A DNA stretch of 64,000 nucleotides from Patescibacteria group bacterium (GCA_018817595.1 JAHITU010000007.1:8775-72774); one strand, 5' to 3'. Shown: positions 19,664-28,339, counted from the first letter of the stretch. The notes: generated from the sequence alone by a model not told the origin. Numbers and translations: made by a program.

Positions 19664-20767
19664 ATGTCTAATAAAATAAAAACAGATAAAATATTCGCAT
19701 TTATAGTATTCCTACTGATTTCTTTTGGGTCTTTTTTATTCTTATCTGCTTCTATGGGTTTATTAGCAAAAGATAATGGAAATTTTCTTAATGTTTTTTT
19801 GAAACAAATTGGTTTTGGTCTAGGTGGGGGTTTAATTCTAATGTTTTTTTTGTCTAGATTAGATTATAGAAAATATAAAAAATATGCTTTTTATATTTTT
19901 CTCGGTTCTCTAATTATGTCCTGCCTAGTTTTTGTTCCAGGGATTGGTTTCGAACATGGAGGAGCGAAAAGATGGCTAGATATATTTGGTTTTTCTTTTC
20001 AACCTGCGGAATTATTAAAAATATCTTTTGTAGTATATTTTGCTGCTTTCTTATCTGCTTTTAAATCAAAATTGAATGATTGGAAGTATAGCATTTTACC
20101 TATTTTAATTTTATTATCTTTTGTTGCAGCTTTATCTTTTTTTCAACCAGATTACGGAACCTTAGTAATTATTATTATTACAGCCTTTGGAATGCTTTTG
20201 ACAGCTGAAGTTAATTTTAAACATCTAAGTATTATTATTGGTTCGGCAACATTGGCAGTTATCCCACTAGCTTTATATAAAACCTATATAATAGAAAGGT
20301 TATTAACTTTCCTAAGACCTGCTCAAGATGCTTTAGGGGCCTCTTATCAAATAAACCAATCATTAGTAGCTATTGGATCTGGAGGTTTTTGGGGAAAAGG
20401 TTTTGGTAAATCTGTTCAAAAGTTTGGGCTTTTACCAGAACCAATGGGTGATTCTATTTTCGCTGTGACTGCTGAGGAATGGGGTTTTGTAGGTTGTTTG
20501 TTTTTGATAACATTATTTTTATTGTTTGCAATAAGAGGTTTAAGGATTGCCACTCATTCAACAGATGTTTTTGGTAGACTATTAGCTATAGGTATTGTTA
20601 TACTAATAGTATCCCAGTCATTTATAAACATAGCCTCCATGTTAGGAATCTTCCCGATGATTGGAATGCCGTTAATTTTTGTTAGTCAGGGAGGAACGGC
20701 TTTGTTGTTTGCTTTGGCCGAGGTAGGTATTTTATTAAATATATCGAAATATAGTAAACAAAAATAA
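19664..20767 (+). CDS. ftsW: SEDS-family peptidoglycan polymerase FtsW/RodA
   Basis: 10-TM SEDS protein with conserved GGAKRWL and QPAELxK motifs. Confidence 0.85.
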   Translation: MSNKIKTDKIFAFIVFLLISFGSFLFLSASMGLLAKDNGNFLNVFLKQIGFGLGGGLILMFFLSRLDYRKYKKYAFYIFLGSLIMSCLVFVPGIGFEHGGAKRWLDIFGFSFQPAELLKISFVVYFAAFLSAFKSKLNDWKYSILPILILLSFVAALSFFQPDYGTLVIIIITAFGMLLTAEVNFKHLSIIIGSATLAVIPLALYKTYIIERLLTFLRPAQDALGASYQINQSLVAIGSGGFWGKGFGKSVQKFGLLPEPMGDSIFAVTAEEWGFVGCLFLITLFLLFAIRGLRIATHSTDVFGRLLAIGIVILIVSQSFINIASMLGIFPMIGMPLIFVSQGGTALLFALAEVGILLNISKYSKQK

Positions 20768-20875
20768 ACTTCGTTTATTTTTGAATTCGAAATTATAAAT
20801 TGTAGATTTTAAATTTTAAATTTTTCTAAACTTTAAACTTTAAAAACTTTACAAACTTTTAACTAATCTAATATT

Positions 20876-22012
20876 ATGAAAATTATATTAACAGGTGGAG
20901 ATAGCGGAGGACATTTTTATCCATTGATATCCGTTGCTCAAGAAATAAATAATATAGTAATTGAAAAGAAGTTACTAAAACCTAAAATGTATTTTCTTTC
21001 CAATAGTCCATACGATAAAAAAAAGCTTTTTGAAAACGGAATTGAATTCAGAAAAATTTCAGCAGGAAAGTTAAGAAGAAATTTTTCTATTTTAAATTTT
21101 TTTGGTTTGTTTAAAACAGCTTGGGGTTTTATTAAATCTCTTTTTATAGTTTTTAATATTTTTCCAGATATTATTTTTAGTAATGGAGGAAATGTGGCTT
21201 TTCCAGTATTACTCAGTGCTAAACTGTTAAAAATCCCAGTATTCATTCATATTTCTGATTCAGTCCCTGGAAGGACAAATAAATGGGCTTCCAGCTTCGC
21301 TAAAAGAATTTCTTTAGGTTTCCCTGACGCTATTGAATATTTAAAAGTAGATAAAAAGAAAGTGGCTTTATTAGGGAACCCTGTTCAAAAGGAATTAACC
21401 ATTCCTTTAAAAGAAGGAGCAGCTGAATTTTTACATTTAGAAAAAGATATACCAACTATTTTGGTTTTAGGTGGTTCAAGTGGGGCTATGACTATAAATG
21501 ATAATTTAATTGATATTCTCCCTAAATTAACTGAAAAATATCAAATTATTCATCAAACAGGTGTAAAACTATTTGAGGATGTTCAAGGACGAGCAAGAGT
21601 GGTCCTAGGTCAATCTGAAAATAAAGACCGTTACAGAGCTTTCCCGTATTTAGACACACTAGCTATGAGAATGTCAGCTGGTATTTCTGATTTGGTAATT
21701 TCTCGAGCAGGAGCCGGGTCTATTTCAGAGATATCTGTTTGGGGTAAACCAAGTATTATAATTCCTATTCCTAAAGAAGTTAGCGGTGATCAAAGAAAGA
21801 ATGCATTCGCTTATGCCCGAGCAGGAGCTTGTGTGGTTGTAGAACAAGAGAATTTAACTCCTCAATTATTTTTGGCAGAAATTAACCGTTTAATGGAAGA
21901 TAAAGAAAAAATGCAACAATTAAGTGAAAAAGCCAAAGCCTTTTCAGATACAGAAGCAGCAAATAAAATTGCCAATGAATTATTGGATGTAATAATTGAA
22001 CAAAATGAATAA
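20876..22012 (+). CDS. murG: undecaprenyldiphospho-MurNAc-pentapeptide beta-N-acetylglucosaminyltransferase MurG
   Basis: LTGGDSGGHFYPLISVAQE N-terminal signature. GT28 fold. Confidence 0.85.
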   Translation: MKIILTGGDSGGHFYPLISVAQEINNIVIEKKLLKPKMYFLSNSPYDKKKLFENGIEFRKISAGKLRRNFSILNFFGLFKTAWGFIKSLFIVFNIFPDIIFSNGGNVAFPVLLSAKLLKIPVFIHISDSVPGRTNKWASSFAKRISLGFPDAIEYLKVDKKKVALLGNPVQKELTIPLKEGAAEFLHLEKDIPTILVLGGSSGAMTINDNLIDILPKLTEKYQIIHQTGVKLFEDVQGRARVVLGQSENKDRYRAFPYLDTLAMRMSAGISDLVISRAGAGSISEISVWGKPSIIIPIPKEVSGDQRKNAFAYARAGACVVVEQENLTPQLFLAEINRLMEDKEKMQQLSEKAKAFSDTEAANKIANELLDVIIEQNE

Positions 22013-23363
22013 AGAAATAACAGAAAAAATAATAACACGATTACCTCCATCACCTACGGGTTTGTTTCATATCGGAACTGCTCGAACAGCTTTGTTTAAC
22101 TATCTTTTTGCTCGCCAGAACAATGGACAAATGCTTTTTCGTTTGGAAGATACAGATAAAGAAAGATCAAAAAAGGAATTTGAAGTAAATATTATTTCAG
22201 GATTAGAATGGTTGGGTCTAGATTATGATGGAGAAATCACAAAACAATCTGAAAGAACAGAAGTTTACAAAAAATATTTAGAAAAAATGATTGAAGGTGG
22301 GTTAGCGTATATTTCAGAAGAAGAAATAAAAAAAGAAGGTCAAAGAGGTTCTGTTATACGTTTTAAAAATCCAAATAAGGAGGTTATTTTTAAAGACTTA
22401 ATAAGAGGGGATGTAAAATTTGATACCACAGAATTAGGTGATTTTGTAATTGCTAAGTCTTTGGAAGAACCTCTTTACCATTTAACAGTGGTTGTGGATG
22501 ATTTTGAAGGTGAAATAACCCATGTTATTAGAGGAGAAGACCATATTTCAAACACTCCTCGACAAATTTTAATCCAAGAAGCTATCGGAGCAGAAAGACC
22601 TATCTATGCTCACCTGCCTTTGATATTGTCACCAGACAGATCAAAAATGTCTAAAAGACACGGAGCTACTTCCGTTGATGATTACAAGGAAAAGGGATAT
22701 TTGCCCGAGGCTATTATTAATTACTTGGCTTTAATGGGTTGGAATCCAGGAACAGAAGAAGAGATTTTTACTTTGAGTGAATTACTAGAAAAATTTGATA
22801 TCAAAAAAGTAAACAAAGGTGGAGCAATCTTTAACATCGAAAAATTGAATTGGATAAACAAAGAACATATCAAATTAATGCCAGAAGAGGACTTCAAAGA
22901 AAAAGTTTTGGAATTTTCTTCAGAAGAATTAAAAGAAAAATTTGTAAAATACCCTCGAGTTTTTGAAGAGATATTACCAATCATAAAAGAAAGAATTGAA
23001 AAATTTGAAGATGTCACAAAGATGTGTACTGATGGAGAATTTGATTATTATTTCTTTCAACCAGAATACGAGTTAGAAAAAATATTTTGGAAAGATGAAA
23101 ATGATCCATTCGTACTCCGACTACGAATGGAAAAAATTATAGAAATATTAAATTCCGTAGGAGAATTTACAGCTGAAAAAATTAAAGAAGCCCTTTGGGA
23201 TTATGCGACCGAAGAAGGAAGAGGTTCTGTATTATGGCCTTTGCGATACCTTTTGTCAGGCAGAGATAAATCTCCAGACCCTTTTACCTTGTCAGAAATT
23301 TTAGGAAAAGAAGAAACTATCAAAAGAATTAACTATGCTATTGAAAAAATTCAAAAATCTTAA
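21996..23363 (+). CDS. gltX: glutamyl-tRNA synthetase
   Basis: Class I HIGH-like PTGLFHIGTARTALFNY and KMSKRHG (KMSK) motifs. Confidence 0.9.
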   Translation: MNKMNKEITEKIITRLPPSPTGLFHIGTARTALFNYLFARQNNGQMLFRLEDTDKERSKKEFEVNIISGLEWLGLDYDGEITKQSERTEVYKKYLEKMIEGGLAYISEEEIKKEGQRGSVIRFKNPNKEVIFKDLIRGDVKFDTTELGDFVIAKSLEEPLYHLTVVVDDFEGEITHVIRGEDHISNTPRQILIQEAIGAERPIYAHLPLILSPDRSKMSKRHGATSVDDYKEKGYLPEAIINYLALMGWNPGTEEEIFTLSELLEKFDIKKVNKGGAIFNIEKLNWINKEHIKLMPEEDFKEKVLEFSSEELKEKFVKYPRVFEEILPIIKERIEKFEDVTKMCTDGEFDYYFFQPEYELEKIFWKDENDPFVLRLRMEKIIEILNSVGEFTAEKIKEALWDYATEEGRGSVLWPLRYLLSGRDKSPDPFTLSEILGKEETIKRINYAIEKIQKS

Positions 23364-24663
23364 AAAAACAACCTTTTGGAAATACTATGTCCAAATGGTT
23401 TGTGTGATTTTGTTTGTGGGATTAATTTTCCCTTATGGTTTTAGTAATGCTGCTGATATAGAAGAATTGAAATCTAAAATAACAGAAAAGTCTAACGAAA
23501 TGCAGAAACTAGAACAAGAAATTCAAAAATGGGAAGGTGAATTAGAAGTAGTCGGAAAAGAGAAAAAATCATTAAATAACGAAATCTATTATCTTGATAC
23601 CACTGAAAAAAAATTAAAAACAAATATTAATTTAACTAATAATCAAATTTATAGTACTAGTCTAAAGATTGAAAAGTTAGGTATAGAAATTGATGAAAAA
23701 GAAGATGGGATTGAAAAAAATTCCAAAGCCTTAGCCGAAGCAGTTCGTTCTATTCACGAACAGGAATCCTATACTATTTTAGAAACAGTTTTAAAAAATA
23801 AAACAATGTCAGATTTTTGGAATGACTTAGAAGGTTTGCAGAAAGTTCAGTCAGAAATTCAAATAAAAACCAACGAACTTAAAAAATTAAAAGAAGGATT
23901 AGAAACTGATAAAAAAAGTTCAGAAATTCAAAAAAATAATCTATCAAATTACAAAGTTGAGTTAGATGACAGAAAAGTGATAGTAGAAAACACAAAAGAA
24001 GTTAAAAATGAATTATTAGAAGATACTAAAAACAAGGAATCAAATTACCAAAAGATTTTAGCTGAAAAGTTAGCTTTGAAAAAAGCTTTCGAAGCCGAAT
24101 TGGCTCAGTACGAAGAGGCTTTAAGAATAGCTGTTGATCCTCAAAGTATTCCAAATGCCAATAATACTATTTTGGCTTGGCCTCTGGATTCTATCCGAAT
24201 TACTCAATATTTTGGGAATACTCCCTTTGCCACACAGAATCCACAGGTTTATGGTTCAGGAAGTCACAATGGAATTGATTTTGGAGCAAGTACAGGAACA
24301 AAATTAAAAACAGCTTTAAGTGGAATCGTTACAGCTACAGGAAACACCGATGCAGATTGCCCCGGAGCTTCATACGGTAAATGGGTTTTGATTAAACATA
24401 ATAATGGACTTTCAACTCTGTATGCTCATATGTCATTAATTAAAGTAAGTTCTGGGCAAACTGTAGTAACGGGGGATACTATTGGTTATACGGGAAATAC
24501 AGGCTATTCAACAGGACCTCATTTACATTTTACTGTTTATGCAACTCAAGGGGTGAGAGTTCAAAATTATAATTTTAGATCCTGTTCCGGAAAGTCTACA
24601 ACAATGCCTTTAGCTCCTAAAGAAGCTTATTTAAATCCACTTTCTTATCTACCTGAATACTAG
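23335..24663 (+). CDS. M23-family peptidase with N-terminal coiled-coil (EnvC-like murein hydrolase activator/endopeptidase)
   Basis: Signal anchor, long coiled-coil, C-terminal M23 motifs HNGIDFGA and GNTGYSTGPHLHF. Confidence 0.8.
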   Translation: MLLKKFKNLKKTTFWKYYVQMVCVILFVGLIFPYGFSNAADIEELKSKITEKSNEMQKLEQEIQKWEGELEVVGKEKKSLNNEIYYLDTTEKKLKTNINLTNNQIYSTSLKIEKLGIEIDEKEDGIEKNSKALAEAVRSIHEQESYTILETVLKNKTMSDFWNDLEGLQKVQSEIQIKTNELKKLKEGLETDKKSSEIQKNNLSNYKVELDDRKVIVENTKEVKNELLEDTKNKESNYQKILAEKLALKKAFEAELAQYEEALRIAVDPQSIPNANNTILAWPLDSIRITQYFGNTPFATQNPQVYGSGSHNGIDFGASTGTKLKTALSGIVTATGNTDADCPGASYGKWVLIKHNNGLSTLYAHMSLIKVSSGQTVVTGDTIGYTGNTGYSTGPHLHFTVYATQGVRVQNYNFRSCSGKSTTMPLAPKEAYLNPLSYLPEY

Positions 24664-24902
24664 TCTTTTGACTTTAAGGACTTTCGACCTTATACTTGTG
24701 CATATGTTCGATCAAAAAAATCAAAAAAGAATAAAAATCGTTTGGGCAATTTTAGGAATACTAGTAGCAGTCAGTATGGTTCTCGTTTATATACCATTCT
24801 AAATTTTAGATTTTAAATTTAAAAATTTACTTTGTAAATTTTTCCTAACACCTAAACCTGCCTGCTGGCAGGCAGGTAGCTAACACCTAACAACCTAATA
24901 AA

Positions 24903-25298
24903 GTGTCTTATCTAAATAATAAAAAGAAAAAAACTTACACAAAGCTTTATTCTTGGCTTATTATTTTTGTTTTGTTTGTAATCGTTTTATTTTTAACTAA
25001 AAATGTTTACGGAGTTTTGCAAGGGGAAAGAAAATCTCAGTTAAACAGAGAACAATCAGAAGCTATTCTTAGAGAATTGGAAGAAAAAAGAGATTCCATT
25101 TCTTCAGAGATAGAATATTTAAAAACTGAAAAAGGAGTGGAGACAGAATTAAGAGATAAATTTAGAATAGTAAAACAAGGTGAAGAAATGGCTGTTATTA
25201 TAAATCCTGAAAATGAAGATAAAGATTTATATATTAACGAAAAACAAGGTTTTTTTATCAAAATTAAAGATTTTTTTGGAGATTTAATCAAAAAGTAG
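24903..25298 (+). CDS. septum formation initiator family protein (FtsB/DivIC-like)
   Basis: N-terminal TM then a coiled-coil (LRELEEKRDSISSEIEYLKTEKG). Confidence 0.6.
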   Translation: MSYLNNKKKKTYTKLYSWLIIFVLFVIVLFLTKNVYGVLQGERKSQLNREQSEAILRELEEKRDSISSEIEYLKTEKGVETELRDKFRIVKQGEEMAVIINPENEDKDLYINEKQGFFIKIKDFFGDLIKK

Positions 25299-25463
25299 TA
25301 GAATAGTACAATGAGTCGAAAGTCTATAAAGCCTGCCTGCCGGCAGGCAGGTCCGTAAAGTCAAAAGTTATGAATTTTACTTTGTAAAATTCATTTTTGT
25401 CTGACGGCAAGTAATGGTTATAAAAAATTTTTTATATTAATAATTTAATAAAATATAAATAGT

Positions 25464-25697
25464 ATGACAAAAGTAAAAATGTATTCAACTCCAACTTGTG
25501 GTTATTGTAATATGGCCAAAGATTTTCTTGAAGAAAAAGGAGTAGAAGTAGAAGTTTTTGATGTCTCAGTTGATGAAGACAAAAGAAAAGAATTAGTTGA
25601 TAAAAGTGGTCAAATGGGAGTTCCTGTTTTGGAAATAGGAGATGAAATAGTTATCGGTTTTGATCAATCAAGAATTTCTCAACTTTTAAATCTTTAA
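25464..25697 (+). CDS. glutaredoxin-like protein (NrdH/Grx family)
   Basis: CGYC active site near the N-terminus, about 77 aa. Confidence 0.7.
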   Translation: MTKVKMYSTPTCGYCNMAKDFLEEKGVEVEVFDVSVDEDKRKELVDKSGQMGVPVLEIGDEIVIGFDQSRISQLLNL

Positions 25698-25701
25698 AAT
25701 A

Positions 25702-25733
25702 AAAAATACAGACACCCGGTGTCTGTATTTTTT
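25702..25733 (+). terminator. terminator hairpin ATACAGACACCCGGTGTCTGTAT + T-run
   Basis: Palindrome whose core GACACCCGGTGTC also occurs in the 59-61 kb leaders and inside dus. Confidence 0.6.
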
Positions 25734-25736
25734 AAT

Positions 25737-25840
25737 GCCCTTGTAGTTCAATGGATAGTCGCCTCATCGGCGACCCGCCGAAGAGGCGGGAACAAGACTT
25801 CTTTGAATTCATAATTTAAAGTATCTTCTTACTAAAATTT
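25737..25840 (+). repeat. partial 5' copy of tRNA-Arg (nt 1-22) fused to a GC-rich hairpin and a copy of nt 23-31, immediately upstream of the intact tRNA
   Basis: GCCCTTGTAGTTCAATGGATAG equals the first 22 nt of the tRNA at 25841. The hairpin CGCCTCATCGGCG ACC CGCCGAAGAGGCG also occurs at 5641-5675. Confidence 0.6.
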
Positions 25841-25912
25841 GCCCTTGTAGTTCAATGGATAGAACAAGACACTCCTAACGTCTAGATCTAGGTTCGATTC
25901 CTGGCAAGGGCA
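25841..25912 (+). tRNA. tRNA-Arg (anticodon CCT)
   Basis: Cloverleaf folded by hand: acceptor GCCCTTG/CAAGGGC, D-stem GTTC/GAAC, anticodon loop CTCCTAA, T-loop TTCGATT, no encoded CCA. Confidence 0.85.
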
Positions 25913-26116
25913 CAAAAGGAGAAATCAGTAGCGATCTAGCTACTGATTTTTCTTTTCTTTTGTAGGTCTTGCCAGGAATCGAAAGACGGAGGCGCGAAGC
26001 CAATTTGTGAGCTTGCGAACAAATTGAAGCCGAGTTCGGGTCGAAGGTTCTTATTAAAATTTGAGCTTACGAAAAATTTTAATTAGAAACCTGTGACCGA
26101 TTCCTGGCAAGGGCAC
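25913..26116 (+). ncRNA. conserved structured element trailing tRNA-Arg; ends in a direct copy of the tRNA 3' end and holds an inverted copy internally
   Basis: Terminator hairpin, inverted CTTGCCAGGAATCG, conserved CGAAAGACGGAGGCGCGAAGCC...GCCGAGTTCGGGTCGAAG...TTTGAGC...GAAAAA...AATTAG core, then GACCGATTCCTGGCAAGGGCAC. The same architecture follows the Phe, Glu and Gln tRNAs. Confidence 0.6.
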
Positions 26117-26189
26117 TGTAAACAATTATTAAATCAAGATATACACAAATTTTATACTATCAAATGTTCTAATATGCTAAAATTTAAGT

Positions 26190-26504
26190 ATGGATTTAGA
26201 AGACAAAAAAATAATAAGAGAAAATCTTGAGATAGCTAAAGAAAATCAACAGATGATTAAAAAGATGCGTCGTAGCATGTTTTTAAGCAGTCTAACTCGA
26301 GTAATTTATTGGGTTATTATTATAGGGGCCTCTTTTGGAGCTTATTATTTTTTCCAACCTTATTTAGATATGGCAAAAGATACTTATGGACAAATTCAAA
26401 GTGGAGCCGAAGTGGTTACTGGTGGAGTGACAACTACTACTCAAAACACCACTCAAGCCGTTACATCTTTTTTAGATTTTTTTAAAGATTTAGCTGATTT
26501 TTAA
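26190..26504 (+). CDS. hypothetical small membrane protein
   Basis: 104 aa with a central TM segment. No family recognised. Confidence 0.5.
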   Translation: MDLEDKKIIRENLEIAKENQQMIKKMRRSMFLSSLTRVIYWVIIIGASFGAYYFFQPYLDMAKDTYGQIQSGAEVVTGGVTTTTQNTTQAVTSFLDFFKDLADF

Positions 26505-26520
26505 GAATTAATTCTATTTC

Positions 26521-26640
26521 CGTCTCTGCGACTCAGCACTTTGAATTTTATTACTTACCTTCTTATTATAAATAAATGTTTATTTACATAAACTTTGTTT
26601 ACATTGTTTTAACAAAGTGATGGGGAAGCAGTCCAGAGAA
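26521..26640. repeat. MITE-like repeat CGTCTCTGCGAC-TCAGCACTTTG ... CAAAGTGATGGGG-AAGCAGTCCAGAG
   Basis: Same termini as 13339 and 41033. Abuts the tRNA-Phe trailing element. Confidence 0.55.
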
Positions 26641-26645
26641 TTTAA

Positions 26646-26936
26646 AAAACAGCTAAAAAGCTGTTTTTTATTTTGTGCTGAGGGGCGGGCTCGGTCACGA
26701 ATCACTAAGTCTTTTATTTCGCCCTGCCTACCCCTGCGCGCCGGCAGGCGTGGACAGGCGTGGGCAGGCAGGTTCGCTCATAAAAAACAAAGTGTTCTCA
26801 ACCCCGTCTCGGCTTTTTCTTTTGCTTCGCTCCAGAAAATAGACCTGTGACTTTCGAGCCCGCACGAAAGCAAAGAAGTTTGCTTTCTCCTTCATCCCAA
26901 AATAAAAAAACAGCTAAAAAGCTGTTTTTTATTTTG
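26646..26936 (-). ncRNA. tRNA-Phe trailing structured element (minus strand) carrying an extra GC-rich repeat insert
   Basis: On the minus strand it reads tRNA, terminator, conserved core (GCCGAGACGGGGTTGAGAACACTTTG...ACTTAGTGATTCGTGACCGAGCCCGCCCCTCAGCACA), then a second copy of the terminator hairpin. It contains the GCCCCTGCGCGCCGGCAGG-type GC-rich block. Confidence 0.6.
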
Positions 26937-27009
26937 TGCTGAGGGGCGGGCTCGAACCGCCGACCCTTCGCTCTTCAGGCGAATGCTCTACCAACTGAGC
27001 TACCTCAGC
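26937..27009 (-). tRNA. tRNA-Phe (anticodon GAA)
   Basis: The reverse complement folds as GCTGAGG TA GCTC AGTTGGTA GAGC A TTCGC CTGAAGA GCGAA ... TTCGAGC ... CCTCAGC A. Confidence 0.9.
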
Positions 27010-27232
27010 ATATTTTATTTTTCTACCTACTGAGCCTGTCTGCCGGTGAGACAGGCAACCTCAGCATATTGATATTTATATATCATACCTTATTTATAGA
27101 TTTTTTCAATAATATTTACAAAAATTACATTTGCAAAAAATTTGAAAAAGTTATATTCTAAAAACTAGAAAATAACTTGTAAATTTACATAGACCAAATA
27201 ATCAGATTCTTAGAATTTGAGAGGAGGTTGTT

Positions 27233-27784
27233 ATGTCTAAAAATAATAGGAATGGATTCTATGGATTATGTCCAGCCTGTATGTCTCGTGGCATTTTTAC
27301 TATCAATAAATTAGTTAAGCAACCTATTTTTCCTCCAAAATTTTACGGAAAAAATAAACCTTTTTTGTTTGTTTGCACAAGGTGTGCTAAAGAATTAAAT
27401 TTAATTTTAAACGAAAAGAAAAATAATGTTAAACATACTTATGATTTAACTAAAAAATTTGTTCGGGGAGGACTTTTTAATATTCCTTGGCTAAAGGGTA
27501 AAAATAGCAAGGGGAGAATAGGAAATATTTGTTCTCGATGTTTTAACGCAGGAATAATTCAAAAACACCATGTTCTTCCAATGGAACATTTTGGAAACAA
27601 TCAGTTTGTTTTATATATAGACAAAGATTGTCACGAATTAATTACTAGGGTAATAAATTCAATAGGAAAAATATCAGAAGAACAATATTTTGAACTGCAT
27701 AGAATATTTTTAATTGAAAAATCAGAAAAAGTTCTTTTTGAAACTGCTTCTAGAATGGAAAGAGAGAATTCTATTGCTGCTTAA
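27233..27784 (+). CDS. zinc-ribbon + HNH-like nuclease domain protein
   Basis: CPAC...CTRC zinc ribbon at the N-terminus. C-terminal CSRCFNAGIIQKHHVLPMEHFGNNQFVLYIDKDCH resembles the HNH CxxC...HH...N...CH motif. Strong RBS GAGAGGAGG. Confidence 0.5.
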   Translation: MSKNNRNGFYGLCPACMSRGIFTINKLVKQPIFPPKFYGKNKPFLFVCTRCAKELNLILNEKKNNVKHTYDLTKKFVRGGLFNIPWLKGKNSKGRIGNICSRCFNAGIIQKHHVLPMEHFGNNQFVLYIDKDCHELITRVINSIGKISEEQYFELHRIFLIEKSEKVLFETASRMERENSIAA

Positions 27785-28263
27785 ATTAACTCTTCAACAA
27801 CCTTTTTAACCAAAGCGCCGTCGACGTCTTCGCCGGTGCTTTTTATTTGTCCTAGTATTGCCCCGATTAAAATTCCCGCTCCTGCCTTGCCGGCAGGCAG
27901 GTTAGTTGCATCTTCTATACCTAATTCTGCTTTTTTAGCAATAGCTATTTCTCTTATTTTTTCTTCACTCATCATTTCAGGTAGGTATTTTTCTAGAATT
28001 TCTAGTTCTGCTTTTTCACTCGCCACTAAATCTTCTCGACCACCTTTTCCATATTGTTCAATAGAATCTTTTCTTTGCTTAACAGCCTTTTTAATTACAT
28101 TTAAAGCGTCTTTATCTTCAATAGGTTCTTGAGGTTTCTTACCTAAAGATATTAATTCATTAGTAAAACCAGCGATAAGACTTTTTAAAACCATTAATCT
28201 AACCTCTTCACGATTTTTCATGGCTTCTTTTAACTCCTCTCTTATTTTTTCTTGTATTTTCAT
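27781..28263 (-). CDS. yqeY: GatB/YqeY domain protein
   Basis: 160 aa with the YqeY-like helical fold (MKNREEVRLMVLKSL...). Confidence 0.75.
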   Translation of the reverse strand: MKIQEKIREELKEAMKNREEVRLMVLKSLIAGFTNELISLGKKPQEPIEDKDALNVIKKAVKQRKDSIEQYGKGGREDLVASEKAELEILEKYLPEMMSEEKIREIAIAKKAELGIEDATNLPAGKAGAGILIGAILGQIKSTGEDVDGALVKKVVEELI

Positions 28264-28294
28264 TTTTATTTAATAATTAATTTTAATAATATCA

Positions 28295-28322
28295 ATTATG
28301 TTATTATGCATAATAACATAAT
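28295..28322. promoter_or_regulatory. perfect 28-bp palindrome ATTATGTTATTATGCATAATAACATAAT (downstream side of ArsR paralog 2)
   Basis: Exact second copy at 28672-28699, inside the 48-bp near-perfect palindrome 28662-28709. Confidence 0.5.
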
Positions 28323-28339
28323 ACTTTTATTCTTATAAT

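Noticed and set aside
26617-26850. 77-codon ORF in the supplied track (MMGKQSREFKKQLKSCFLFCAEGRARSR...).
   Set aside because: It lies wholly inside the tRNA-Phe trailing element and its GC-rich repeat block, and its amino-acid sequence merely reflects those repeats. It has no RBS and its start is inside a MITE terminus.
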